Positions 43,494 through 53,299 of a stretch of DNA of 64,000 nt are shown here, piece by piece. Source of the stretch: Methanotrichaceae archaeon (GTDB lineage: Archaea; Halobacteriota; Methanosarcinia; Methanotrichales; Methanotrichaceae); contig CAWEXU010000030.1 of NCBI GenBank assembly GCA_963813075.1, forward strand, positions 320,001 through 384,000, read 5' to 3'. Each line of letters opens with the position of its first letter. Position 1 is the stretch's first letter. A program made the translations under genes and the position numbers. Under the pieces are notes generated by a model. It was given only the letters and a program-made list of their open reading frames with translations. It was not told where the DNA came from and did not search any database.

Positions 43494-46400
43494 TCGGCCA
43501 GAATACCGCCCTGATAGTCATGGTCCTCTATCTGCTGCTGCTCTTCGCCATCGCCAGGTTCTCCGACAAAAGAAAGCTCCTGGGCAAGAGCATAGTCAGC
43601 AATCCCTATGTTTATGCCCTCTCCATTTCCGTCTATGTCTCCGCCTGGACCTTTTTCGGCTCCATAGGGAGAGCGGCATCTACCGGTCTCGAGTTTTTGC
43701 CCATCTATGTGGGTCCAATACTGGCCATGACCCTGGGCTGGGTGGTCATACGAAAGATGATTCGCGTCTCCAAGGAGCACAGGCTCACCTCCATCAGCGA
43801 CTTTTTGAGCTTTCGCTACGGGAGAAGCTATGCCATAGGCGCTGTTGTGGCCCTGGCCAGCCTGATCATGGTCACTCCCTATGTCGCCCTGCAGCTCATC
43901 GCCATCTCCACCTCCCTGGAAATCCTGGCCGGATCCCATACCCTATTGAGCTTCTCCTGGGAGAGCACCCTTGTGATCGCCCTCCTCCTGGGGATCTTCG
44001 CCGTCATCTTCGGAGCACGCCAGCTAGACCCCATGGAACGCCATGAGGGACTGATCGCCGTGGTGGCCTTTGAATCCCTGGTCAAGCTGATAGCATTCCT
44101 GCTGGTGGGAATTTATGTCGCTTATGGCGTATTTGGAGGGTATGGAGAAATCCTCAGCCAGATGGTAGACCAAGCCCAGCACAACCCTGCCTATGCAGAC
44201 CTCATGAATGTGGAGTACCCCCTCTGGTTCTCTTTGACGATTATATCCTTCTTCGCCATCCTATTTTTGCCCAGGCAGTTCCATGTCATGGTGGTGGAGA
44301 ACTCAGATGAAAAGCACCTCAGAAGAGCGATGTGGCTCTTTCCCCTCTATCTTTTGCTTATCAACCTGTTCGTTCCCGCCATAGCCTGGGGAGGACTGCT
44401 CCTCGGTACTCCTGGGGCTAAGGACTCCTTTATATTAAACATACCTTATAGCCGCAATCATGACCTTCTATCCCTGTTGGTCTTCATCGGAGGGGCATCG
44501 GCTGCCATTGCCATGATCCTGGTTGAATCGGTAGCTGTAGGAACTATGCTGCTCAACGACCTCGAGCTGCCTTATATATTACGTCGTATAAAAAAGCAAA
44601 AAAGCCTGGCCAATGCGCTCCTCAATACCAGGAGGCTGAATATATTTCTGGTGGTCCTCCTGGGATATCTTTACTCTCAGGTTGCTGCTTATCAAATACT
44701 GGCGGATATCGGCATCGTCTCATTTCTCGCCGCCAGCCAGCTGGCGCCTGCGGCCCTCGGAGGCCTTTACTGGAAGAAGGGAAACAGGAAAGGAGCTATG
44801 GCAGGACTGGTATCAGGATTTCTGCTCTGGTCTTATACCGCACTCATACCCACGATCAGCGGAGAGGACAGCATGCTCTCCAGCCTGGTAAGGGACGGAG
44901 CCCTTGGCCTGGCATTCCTCAGGCCCAAAGACCTCTTCGGCCTGGGCCTGGACCCGTGGACCAACTCCGTCTTCTGGACCCTCCTGGTCAACACCAGCCT
45001 GTACATCCTGGTATCCCTCCTCACAAAGCCCAGTGCAGAGGAGGCTGTAATTGCCAAATCGTTCATAAATGCCGGGAAAAAAGGGATCATAGAGGGCCAG
45101 GAGCTTTCAACTGAGCCGCAAACCCTGCTCTACGGGACAATTGATGAGCTCCAGACCACCCTGGCCAAGTACATTGGCGAAGAGAGAGCGAATAAGCAGG
45201 TCGACTTATATCTGAAAGAGATGGGGGCAACGCGGGAAACGATAAGCACCGAACAGCTTCAGGAGCTATGGGAGCAGTTCGAGAAGACACTGACCAGCTC
45301 AGTTGGTCCCTCCGCCACCAGGATGATCGTCGAGGACCAGGTGCCGGTAAAGCCGGTAGTGGAAGAGAGCAAGGAGACCATTCCTGCATTTGACCTGTCC
45401 ATGGGAAGAATATATATCGTCCCTGATATCGCTTATGAGGTCTTCACCGACCAGATCACCCATGGAGTGGAGGGGCTGTGCATCACCCATTCCGCACCGG
45501 AGGAGGTAAGGCTCCGCTGGGGATTCAAGGAGACGCCCATCATCAAATTGAGCGATGAGAAAGGAAGCGATCGATACATATCGCCCCGAAATCTGCCGCT
45601 TCTTTTCATGACCATAAAATCCTTCGTCGACTCCAGCCGGAATAGCATTGTGCTCGTGGACAGCATAGAGCAGCTGGTAGAGGAGAATAAGGGCAGGGTG
45701 CCGGAGAGGGAGATCTTGGACTTCGTCTACCAGATGGAGCTATTGGGCAGGAGGACTCATCTGATCCTGGCGGAGAGAAAGGAGTTCGTCCATATGGAGC
45801 TGAAGTCCGGCATCAATGAGGCAAAAGAGCTCCTTTTCATACTCGGTCCGCTATCTGCATACCTATTCCGGGTCTTCTCGGATGTCATGCTATCCTCATT
45901 GAGCGAGGGGGTGAGAAGAGATGCGGTCACAAAGGCCAATGAATTGATAGCAGCAGGCGGATTCTTCGAGACTGCCTCACGGAAGGGCCAGCCCTCTGAC
46001 GAAGCTGGTGCGGCCTGTGAGCCGGATATGCATGATGCTCTGGCCACCATTCCCACCCTTAACATCAGGCAGGACCTGGTGCTTACCAGGCACAGCTTCT
46101 TCCTTGCTCTGAGGAGGCTGGACAGGGTGATCAGGAGCTACGATCCCTCCTTCGACATAACTGTGGCATTGGCTGAGATCATGAAAAGCTATGGGAGAAG
46201 CCATTATGAGGTCTCGCTTATCCCGGGAACCACGTATATAATCGAAGAGGAGAAGCCCAAAAAGAGCCTGGAGGTATTCAGCGAGCTGGTGGCTCATGGC
46301 ATGGAAGGGCTGTGCCTCAGCCGCTATAATCCCGAGAACCTGCTTGAGAGGTACAGCATTCCTCCGGAGACGGTCATCTGGCTGACCCAGAAGAGCGAGC

Positions 46401-46675
46401 CGGGATTCAGGACGGTAGACCCAACGAACTTCCCCCGGCTGAGCAGCATGATCTCAGATTTCCTTGACCGGGCCAACTATCCGGTTATTCTCCTGGAGGG
46501 GATGGGCTATCTCATCACCCAGAGCAACTACGAGACCGTGCTGCGGTTCGTTCAATTCCAGAGAGACGAGATCGCCTTGAAGAACGCGATAATGCTGATC
46601 CATATCGATCCGTTATCTTTGGACACAAAGGAATTGCACCGCCTGGCAAGCGAGATGGAGCCGTTTAAAGTCTGA
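43490..46675 (+). CDS. SLC5 symporter-like domain fused to STAC and two DUF835-like domains
   Basis: SNPYVYALS..WTFFGSIGRA, FLPRQFHV; LAKYIGEERA..FEKTLTSSVGPSATRMI; GLCITH and GLCLSR..IWLT..VILLEGMGYL. Confidence 0.85.
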   Translation: MIGQNTALIVMVLYLLLLFAIARFSDKRKLLGKSIVSNPYVYALSISVYVSAWTFFGSIGRAASTGLEFLPIYVGPILAMTLGWVVIRKMIRVSKEHRLTSISDFLSFRYGRSYAIGAVVALASLIMVTPYVALQLIAISTSLEILAGSHTLLSFSWESTLVIALLLGIFAVIFGARQLDPMERHEGLIAVVAFESLVKLIAFLLVGIYVAYGVFGGYGEILSQMVDQAQHNPAYADLMNVEYPLWFSLTIISFFAILFLPRQFHVMVVENSDEKHLRRAMWLFPLYLLLINLFVPAIAWGGLLLGTPGAKDSFILNIPYSRNHDLLSLLVFIGGASAAIAMILVESVAVGTMLLNDLELPYILRRIKKQKSLANALLNTRRLNIFLVVLLGYLYSQVAAYQILADIGIVSFLAASQLAPAALGGLYWKKGNRKGAMAGLVSGFLLWSYTALIPTISGEDSMLSSLVRDGALGLAFLRPKDLFGLGLDPWTNSVFWTLLVNTSLYILVSLLTKPSAEEAVIAKSFINAGKKGIIEGQELSTEPQTLLYGTIDELQTTLAKYIGEERANKQVDLYLKEMGATRETISTEQLQELWEQFEKTLTSSVGPSATRMIVEDQVPVKPVVEESKETIPAFDLSMGRIYIVPDIAYEVFTDQITHGVEGLCITHSAPEEVRLRWGFKETPIIKLSDEKGSDRYISPRNLPLLFMTIKSFVDSSRNSIVLVDSIEQLVEENKGRVPEREILDFVYQMELLGRRTHLILAERKEFVHMELKSGINEAKELLFILGPLSAYLFRVFSDVMLSSLSEGVRRDAVTKANELIAAGGFFETASRKGQPSDEAGAACEPDMHDALATIPTLNIRQDLVLTRHSFFLALRRLDRVIRSYDPSFDITVALAEIMKSYGRSHYEVSLIPGTTYIIEEEKPKKSLEVFSELVAHGMEGLCLSRYNPENLLERYSIPPETVIWLTQKSEPGFRTVDPTNFPRLSSMISDFLDRANYPVILLEGMGYLITQSNYETVLRFVQFQRDEIALKNAIMLIHIDPLSLDTKELHRLASEMEPFKV

Positions 46676-46713
46676 GAGACTTTTTAATAGTTGGCGGACT
46701 CTAATATGCAGTT

Positions 46714-46956
46714 ATGATTGAAGTTGGAATCGTATTACTAGCCATTGTGCTGATATTCGGAGCCTTCCTGTTGCTGAGATCGGTGAAGAATTTCGTCATT
46801 AATGCAATCGCCGGGCTTTTCATTCTCTTTCTTGCCAACCAATTCATCAGCCCGGATATAGGCTATAGCTGGCTGGTCATTCTGATCTGCGGAATCGGCG
46901 GAGCGGTGGGAGCGGTGCTATTGCTGGCCCTGCATTTCATTGGGCTTGGGATATAA
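46714..46956 (+). CDS. BofA-like small membrane protein
   Basis: FVINAIAGLFILFLAN..ILICGIGGAVGAVLL. Confidence 0.75.
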   Translation: MIEVGIVLLAIVLIFGAFLLLRSVKNFVINAIAGLFILFLANQFISPDIGYSWLVILICGIGGAVGAVLLLALHFIGLGI

Positions 46957-46973
46957 TATTTTAAATGTATAAA

Positions 46974-47011
46974 ATAATATATTGGATATATAAGATAATA
47001 TATTGGATATA
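46974..47011. repeat. AT-rich 17-bp direct repeat, two copies
   Basis: ATAATATATTGGATATA at 46974 and 46995. Confidence 0.8.
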
Positions 47012-47015
47012 AAGT

Positions 47016-48248
47016 TTATCCCAGGCCCAGGCGGGCCTGCTGGGGAACACTGACATTGGCCAGAACCTTCAGCCGGTAGTCCTGCTGCAATACCGCTTTG
47101 AGCTTGCCGGAGTAAACGCTCAATGTGATCTCTTTGGTCCGGCCGTATCTGCCCTTGCTGATTACAATGGTATGCAGAATGCCCAGCATATCCAGCTCAG
47201 CAATGAGATCTGTGATCCGGCGGTGGGTGAGAAAATCAGCTTCAACCAGAGGGCACAACTGCTTGTACATATTATAGACCGCACTGGTGGTGATGTTTCT
47301 TGTTCCCTGCTCCTCTAAGAGAATAATGCCGTAGAGCACCAGCTTGGACTGAGTGGGCAGGGTCTTGATCACCTCTTCCACTCTATCCTGCTCGATCTTC
47401 TCCCTTGCCTGGCGGACATGAGCCTCTGTGACCACGGCGGATCGGGCCCTTTCCGCCAGCTCGCCTGATATGCGCAAAAGGTCCAGTGCCCGGCGGGCGT
47501 CTCCATGTTCCTGGGCAGCAAATGCGGCACAGAGAGGTATCACGCTCTCCTGCAGAGTTCCGGGACAGAATGCCACCTTTGCCCTCTGTTCCAGGATCTC
47601 TCTGATCTGCTCGGCGTCGTATGGCGGAAAGATGATCTCATCCTCGCCCAAAGAGCTCTTCACTCTGGGATCGAGAAACTCGGTGAACTTGAGGTCGTTG
47701 GAGATACCGATTATGCTCACCCGGGAGCGGAGGAGGTCGGAGTTCACTCGTGATAGGTTGTAGAGAACGTCATCTCCCTTCCTCACCAGTTTATCAACCT
47801 CGTCGAGCATAATTACCACTACTTGTTTCTCTTCATCCAGGGCATTTCTGAACTCCGCATAAACCTGATCTGTGGGCCAGCCAGTCATGGGGATATCTTT
47901 ATCGAAATGCCTTGCCAGATGGGCCAGAATCCTGTACTGAGTATCGACCACCTCGCAGTTGATGTATATCACAGCGCATTTCATATCTCCAAAGCCAGCT
48001 TCTTCCAGCTCTTTGCCCACGTATTTGGCTACCGCTGTCTTTCCGGTTCCAGTCTTTCCATAGATCAAGACGTTAGAAGGCGTTTCTCCTCTCAGAGCTG
48101 GAACCAGGACCGATGCCAGGTTATTGATCTGCTCTTCTCTATGGGGCAGTTCAGTTGGTGTATAGGTAGGGCGCAGGACGTCTCTGGTTTGAAATATTCC
48201 CCCTTGCGCCAATAAATCAGCAAATAGCCCTCTGGATGTAGGTACCAA
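47016..48248 (-). CDS. cdc6: Orc1/Cdc6 replication initiator
   Basis: LPHREEQI, YGKTGTGKT, LDEVD, GDARRALDLL, GRYGRT. Confidence 0.97.
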   Translation of the reverse strand: MVPTSRGLFADLLAQGGIFQTRDVLRPTYTPTELPHREEQINNLASVLVPALRGETPSNVLIYGKTGTGKTAVAKYVGKELEEAGFGDMKCAVIYINCEVVDTQYRILAHLARHFDKDIPMTGWPTDQVYAEFRNALDEEKQVVVIMLDEVDKLVRKGDDVLYNLSRVNSDLLRSRVSIIGISNDLKFTEFLDPRVKSSLGEDEIIFPPYDAEQIREILEQRAKVAFCPGTLQESVIPLCAAFAAQEHGDARRALDLLRISGELAERARSAVVTEAHVRQAREKIEQDRVEEVIKTLPTQSKLVLYGIILLEEQGTRNITTSAVYNMYKQLCPLVEADFLTHRRITDLIAELDMLGILHTIVISKGRYGRTKEITLSVYSGKLKAVLQQDYRLKVLANVSVPQQARLGLG

Positions 48249-48249
48249 G

Positions 48250-48990
48250 ATAATTCCCCTTGAACATTTTTCAAATCACCCTGTGGGATATTAAGAGTTA
48301 TGGTTAACTCCCCTTCGTTTCCTGTGGAAATACTACTCCCCTACCCTATGATTTCCTGTGGAAAAGAAATAAAATTACCATGCACGCTCTTGATAGATAG
48401 TGAAATAAAATTAGCCGGTTGTAACTTTCTTTTTTATGCTATATATAGTTTCCTATTCAAGATAAAAAGTACGTCGAATTATTATATGGGGTATAATATC
48501 CTTGAGTTATGGTTATTTGATATAGGAAGCTCATTAAAAAATGACATTTTCTGTATCTAATATCGGAGGATACCGATGATCTATATCGCGATACCAGCAA
48601 AAAATTTGTTGTCTGATTGCTAAAGCGGTTAGGGGACCAAACTGACCTGATAAAGGTAGAAAAGATTTCTAAGATAAGTCAGAGCCATGCAGACCAGCTT
48701 ATAAAGCCGTTAAGGTTTTCTAAGGCAAGTCAGAGGCCTATATAAGACTGCTTTTAAGGAGGCTAAGTTTCTCTAAGGCAATTGAGAACTATACAGGCCT
48801 GCTTTTAGGGCCACATAGATTCCAAGACCAGTCAGAGGATCATAGAGGCCTGCACATAAGGCTGCATAGATCAGCAGATCTCACCTCCATTATGGTGCCT
48901 GACCCGGTGGGCAGAGGGAATGATGTTCCCAGAGAGACTCAGGTTCCAGTGGAAACCATACGGTCTCTCTCAGGAGACTTGAAAGCAAAT
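48250..48990. other. probable replication origin (oriC)
   Basis: ORB-like boxes at 48310-48329 and 48344-48363 (minus; first is TTCCACAGGAAACGAAGGGG) and 48943-48960 (plus, GTTCCAGTGGAAAC), either side of an AT-rich tract, upstream of cdc6. Confidence 0.85.
48662..48871. repeat. degenerate ~51-bp tandem repeat, four units
   Basis: Units like TTCTAAGGCAAGTCAGAG..CTGCTTTTAAGG; C(T/C)AAG anchors at 48669, 48720, 48773, 48822. Confidence 0.75.
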
Positions 48991-49014
48991 CGGCCTTTCT
49001 ACCAAAAGAGGAGT

Positions 49015-49275
49015 TCAGGCGACGGGTATGGTCTCAAGCTGGCTGGCAACATTCCAGATCAAGGTTCTGGTATGAAGGGGAATATTGGGGTCATTGCTTA
49101 TCTCATCGAGTATGGAAATAGCAGATGCTGCCTTTATTGCTTCGCTCACGCTCTCGTCCATGAGGATGGTCTTGACGCTCTCTGCAGAGCGCCTGATATT
49201 CCTCGGCACGGCATCATCGCTCATAATACGTTCTAATACTTCAACACATTGCTTAAGGACATTTTCAGCTGTCAT
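49015..49275 (-). CDS. UPF0147 family protein
   Basis: [27 protein letters not shown]. Confidence 0.92.
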   Translation of the reverse strand: MTAENVLKQCVEVLERIMSDDAVPRNIRRSAESVKTILMDESVSEAIKAASAISILDEISNDPNIPLHTRTLIWNVASQLETIPVA

Positions 49276-49386
49276 AGAACCACCACCCATATCTATGGGA
49301 AAAAGGTTATGATGTTTATCTGCCTTTAACTCAAGGATGATATATCGTTGTATTTAAACGTATGTGGTAATGCAGGTGATGGATCA

Positions 49387-49824
49387 ATGGACGAGGATGA
49401 GGTTCTCAACAAGATAACCAGGCTTCTGGAAAAGGGATGCACAATGCTGGCCACGCATCATGACTGCGGTGCGCCTCTATTCCGTTGCCAGGGAGAGGTC
49501 GTCTGCCCGGTATGCTCATTTCCGGATGAGCCGGGACAAGGTGAAAAAGCCGTTTTTACGGAATCAAAAAAGGATGAGCCGCATCATGAGCGCGAGCTAA
49601 ATGCAGCGCCTATGGTCGGGGAGAACAGGTCGAAGATAGAGGGTTCACTTAAAGGCAAGGTGACGGATGACGAGGTTGTGGAGGCCAGGTCAAGGCTACG
49701 TGCATCATTGATCGCGCGGCTGGATGAGCTATCGCGGGAAATAAGATCTGAAGGGGATCTGGATCGGCTCAAGAAGCTGCTGGGCTGCGCAGAAGGACTG
49801 CTGCGTGTGCTCGATCTTTTGTGA
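49387..49824 (+). CDS. UPF0148 / autoantigen p27-like Zn-ribbon protein
   Basis: LEKGCTML..DCGAPLFR..VVCPVC. Confidence 0.85.
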   Translation: MDEDEVLNKITRLLEKGCTMLATHHDCGAPLFRCQGEVVCPVCSFPDEPGQGEKAVFTESKKDEPHHERELNAAPMVGENRSKIEGSLKGKVTDDEVVEARSRLRASLIARLDELSREIRSEGDLDRLKKLLGCAEGLLRVLDLL

Positions 49825-49910
49825 GCAAATCTCCCTCCTTCCATCTCCAAATCCATGTGGGATTGCAGCTGGCCCAGGACGGAAGGGCACAATTCCGGGG
49901 TTTCTCGCTC

Positions 49911-49929
49911 TCCACTGGAAATCAAGGGG
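49911..49929 (+). promoter_or_regulatory. outlying ORB-like box
   Basis: TCCACTGGAAATCAAGGGG. Confidence 0.6.
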
Positions 49930-49937
49930 TTGATCAA

Positions 49938-51068
49938 TTGAATTTAAAAAATTTTAGAAAGTGTGGAATAACTCCGCTATTATTTCCGCTTATACTGGCT
50001 TTGTCCTCTATGACCGGCTGCATCGAAGGGGTGCCTCAATCCCTCCATGCCTCATCTATGAATGGTGCTGATCTGCAGTCTGGGGAGTGGTCGGGCCAGC
50101 TGAGAATGGAGATCGACCCTGAGCTGGACAGCGATCTATTCAGCCTGCGAGGAAACGTCATTCTCACAGGCAACGGCACTCTTCCCTATCTCCTGCTCAA
50201 TGCAACCCTTCGCCAGGGGGCGGCTTATGTTGTGAGCACGAAGTACCTTATGATGAATCTTGAGCCGAACAGGGATTACAGCTTTGAGATCGCCAGGAAC
50301 TCGAGGCTCCTGCCGGGCGAGTACATCTGCACCCTGGAGGCATCCGGTCCCAGTGGCTCACTGGCCAGTGAGAGCAGAATGTGCTCTCTGGCTGAGGATC
50401 CGCAGAATTCGCCCTCTTCTGTTATCTCCCCTGAGGGTTACATTTCCTTATCCGACGCCCAGGCCCTCTTCACCGGCCGGGGACTCTATGAGAGGACTGG
50501 TCAAATGGAGAGCACATCCAGGGTGGAAAGAGAGCACGAGAAAGAGAGCGAGATCGAGGCTGAGGAAGAGAGCAATATAAAGGCTGAGGAAGAGAGCAAT
50601 ACAGAGGCTGAGGAAGAGAGCAATACAGAGGCTGAGGAAGAGAGCAATATAGAGGCTGATAAAGAGAGCGGGATAAAGGGTGATGAAGAGAGCGGGATAG
50701 AGGCGCAAAAGGAGCACGAGAAAGAGATGTATGCAGGCGAACCAGAATCTAAGGTGCGGGCAGAGGGAGAAGAGGAGCAGCGAGAGGATGAGAACGACTA
50801 CTTAGATCGATCGGTAGAAAATGGGGACGAAACAAAGGCGGGCACCGCTGGCGACCATGCTTTAGAATCCATTGCTGCTTATGCCGACCATGAGCGGCCA
50901 GATGAAGGGCCTGGCGAATTGCTCGTGGCCAGCAGCACCTCCAAGAAGTACCACCTGCCAGACTGCCGCTATGCTCTGAAGATCAAGCCGGAGAACAGGA
51001 TCTCTTTCCAGAGCGCAGAGGAAGCAAAAAGTCAGGGCTACCTTCCCTGCAAAAGCTGCCACCCATGA
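49938..51068 (+). CDS. lipoprotein-like protein with acidic repeats and C-terminal Ada metal-binding-like domain
   Basis: Lipobox-like MTGC; SKKYHLPDC..FQSAEEAKSQGYLPCKSCHP. Confidence 0.75.
   Translation: MNLKNFRKCGITPLLFPLILALSSMTGCIEGVPQSLHASSMNGADLQSGEWSGQLRMEIDPELDSDLFSLRGNVILTGNGTLPYLLLNATLRQGAAYVVSTKYLMMNLEPNRDYSFEIARNSRLLPGEYICTLEASGPSGSLASESRMCSLAEDPQNSPSSVISPEGYISLSDAQALFTGRGLYERTGQMESTSRVEREHEKESEIEAEEESNIKAEEESNTEAEEESNTEAEEESNIEADKESGIKGDEESGIEAQKEHEKEMYAGEPESKVRAEGEEEQREDENDYLDRSVENGDETKAGTAGDHALESIAAYADHERPDEGPGELLVASSTSKKYHLPDCRYALKIKPENRISFQSAEEAKSQGYLPCKSCHP
50556..50699 (+). repeat. 24-bp coding tandem repeat, about six units (EAEEESNT)
   Basis: GAGGCTGAGGAAGAGAGCAATA(C/T)A units, degenerate toward the end. 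Confidence 0.9.
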
Positions 51069-51078
51069 GTTCACCTTT

Positions 51079-51651
51079 TCACAGCGGGCTGATGAGAACG
51101 CAGGAGAGGCCCGGGGCATGGGGGGGAGAGGCAGTGCTCCCTCTCATGATCTTTTCCTGGGGATAGCCGAGGTCGACCAGGGCGAAAACGCTTCGCGCGA
51201 GCCCCTGCTCCTCCAGGTACCGGCAGAGCCCCTCCAGATCGGTGCTCTCATCGGTGAGAAGAAAGACGGATTTGTTCCGGTTCAGCTCCGAGGCTATGGC
51301 CTCCGGGTCCATCCTCCGCCCGTGAACGGTGATGGGGACCACATTCAGTTCACTGATCTTCAGACGGGCGCAGGCCACCTGCAGGCTGGAGATGCCCGGG
51401 ATCACCCTGCCCGGCAGATAGCCCAGGCCGGAGAGCATGGGGTCCCCGGTGCTCAGGACCACGGCATCCTCTGGCAGGCTGGAGAGCTTTTTGTAGTCCT
51501 TGATCTCCAGGACCTGGCAGTCCGGGCGGATGCACTCTCGGGCCAGGTCTATTGACCTCTTCGATCCATAGATCAATCCCGCCCGGCCGATGGCCTCCTC
51601 CGCTTCCCTTGTCATCATCCCCGGGCCTATGCCCACTCCCACAATGATCAA
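51079..51651 (-). CDS. cbiE: cobalt-precorrin-7 C5-methyltransferase
   Basis: IVGVGIGPG, LSTGDPMLSG, IPGISSLQ, TVHGR. Confidence 0.85.
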   Translation of the reverse strand: MIIVGVGIGPGMMTREAEEAIGRAGLIYGSKRSIDLARECIRPDCQVLEIKDYKKLSSLPEDAVVLSTGDPMLSGLGYLPGRVIPGISSLQVACARLKISELNVVPITVHGRRMDPEAIASELNRNKSVFLLTDESTDLEGLCRYLEEQGLARSVFALVDLGYPQEKIMRGSTASPPHAPGLSCVLISPL

Positions 51652-52674
51652 TTTGCCTCCGCTAAAATCTGCCCATTCCGGTGGAGGAGAACGATGCGGG
51701 TGTAGGGCAGCCTTTCTTTGGCCTTTTTCAGTCCCAGGGCGATGTTCTCATGTCCAGGCTCTTTTTCCACCATCTCGGCCACGGTGTTGTAGCCGGTATT
51801 CTCCAGTATCTCCGGCCAGGCCCATTTGAGGATCAGGGCGGGCAGGCCGCACAGAATGCTATCCTGATCGGGACCGAACTCCAGCCGGTCCAGCTGGCTG
51901 CCCATGAGGATCGCTTCGTGATCGGGAAAAAGAATTCGGCTGAGCTTCAGGCCGGTTCTGCCCGTGCTGACCACCACTTTTTTTGCTCCTTTCAGCTCCT
52001 CCGCCCTCTCGCTTTATCAGGTGTTCATTCCAGGGCTCCACAAATCCGGTCGAGCCCAGGATGGATATGCCTCCCACTATCCCCAATTTGGGATTGAGGG
52101 TCTGGCGGGCGATCTGTTCTCCCTGGGGGACCGAGATCCGCACCCGCACATGCTCAAGCCCTGCCTCATTGCACCCTTCGGATATGGCCATCATGATCTG
52201 CGCTTTGGCGGAGGGGCTTATGGCCGGCCGGCCGATATCGTCGCACAGGCCGCCGGCTCCTATCCTTCCTATCCCCTCCCCGGCGAGTAGAACCGTCTCT
52301 CCAGAGGGCTCTGCCCATGCCGATATCTCCAGGCCGGCGGTGACATCGGACTGGTGGTCTCCTCCATCCTTGCGGGCAGTGCATTGGCCCCTCTCCGCTT
52401 TGACGGAGACCAAGACCCGGATTCCGGCTGGCGTCATCACCTCCAGTCTTTCCGTCGCCCGGAGCAGGGATATGACCGCCCCTTTGGCGGCGGCAGCGGC
52501 GGTGGTCCCGGTGGTCAGGCCGCGCTTTAAGAGAAGGCCGTCCGAGAGGATGGTCCATCTGCCCGTCCGGATCTTCTCTTCCGCCAGGGGATCGGGACAG
52601 GACTCGATCCAGGAGAGGGGTATGCTAAATCCAGTGACCGGATCGGCTATCAGCTCAGGTTTTTTCTCTGGCAT
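51648..52674 (-). CDS. cbiD: cobalt-precorrin-5B C1-methyltransferase, frameshift near 52013
   Basis: GLTTGTTAAAA, KDGGD, TLNPKLGIVGGISILGSTGFVEP; continues in next frame VVVSTGRTG. Confidence 0.9.
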
Positions 52675-53288
52675 AGGTGTTTATGATCTCGTTTATGGCC
52701 GCAACGGCTATGGGGGTCCCGCCGCGGGTTCCGGCAGTGGATATGGAGGGGACGGATATCTCCCGCAGCCTCTCTTTGCTCTCCAGAGCATTGACAAATC
52801 CCACTGGAACTCCTACTACCAGGTCGGGCAGGACCCGTCCCGGACTGCATGAGCTCGCACAGGGTCAGCAGGGCAGAGGGGGCATTTCCTATCACCACTA
52901 TCGATCCGGAGAGCTTCTCTTGCAGGGCCAATACCCCGGCGGAGGTGCGGGTGATCCCCAGGGATGCCGCCAGCTCATCTCCCCGGTCGATGAAGGCCTC
53001 TATGGGGCTACTGTGGCCTTTCTTTAGCACCCCCGCCTGGACCATCTTGATGTCCACGTAAATGGGAGCGCCCCGTTCCAGGGCTTTCAGACCAGCCTGG
53101 ACAGGGTCATTCTGAAATCTCATGATCTCGGCCACGCTTGGGTCGCCGGTGGCAATGACGCATCTTTGGGTTATTCTGTCCTCCAGGCTCCGGTCCCCAA
53201 TCATGCTGGATATGAGCTCCCGGCTCTTTCTGCTGATCTTCATGGCCTCGGGCGTGCTGGCCCCAATATCGGTATAGTTCTCTATCAT
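52655..53288 (-). CDS. cbiC: cobalt-precorrin-8 methylmutase, frameshift near 52840
   Basis: TRTSAG, IGNAPSAL; after removing one G: PDLVVGVPVGFVNA..GTRGGTPIAVAAINE. Confidence 0.9.
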
Positions 53289-53299
53289 ATCAATCAGCT

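Noticed and set aside
48300..48560. 86-aa ORF upstream of cdc6
   Set aside because: Overlaps ORBs and the AT-rich tract; no protein-like signal.
48662..48871. Origin repeats as a CRISPR array
   Set aside because: Whole units are similar, with no constant repeat and unique spacer pattern, and no cas genes are present.
50556..50699. 24-bp tandem repeat as a non-coding array
   Set aside because: In frame; encodes an acidic linker.
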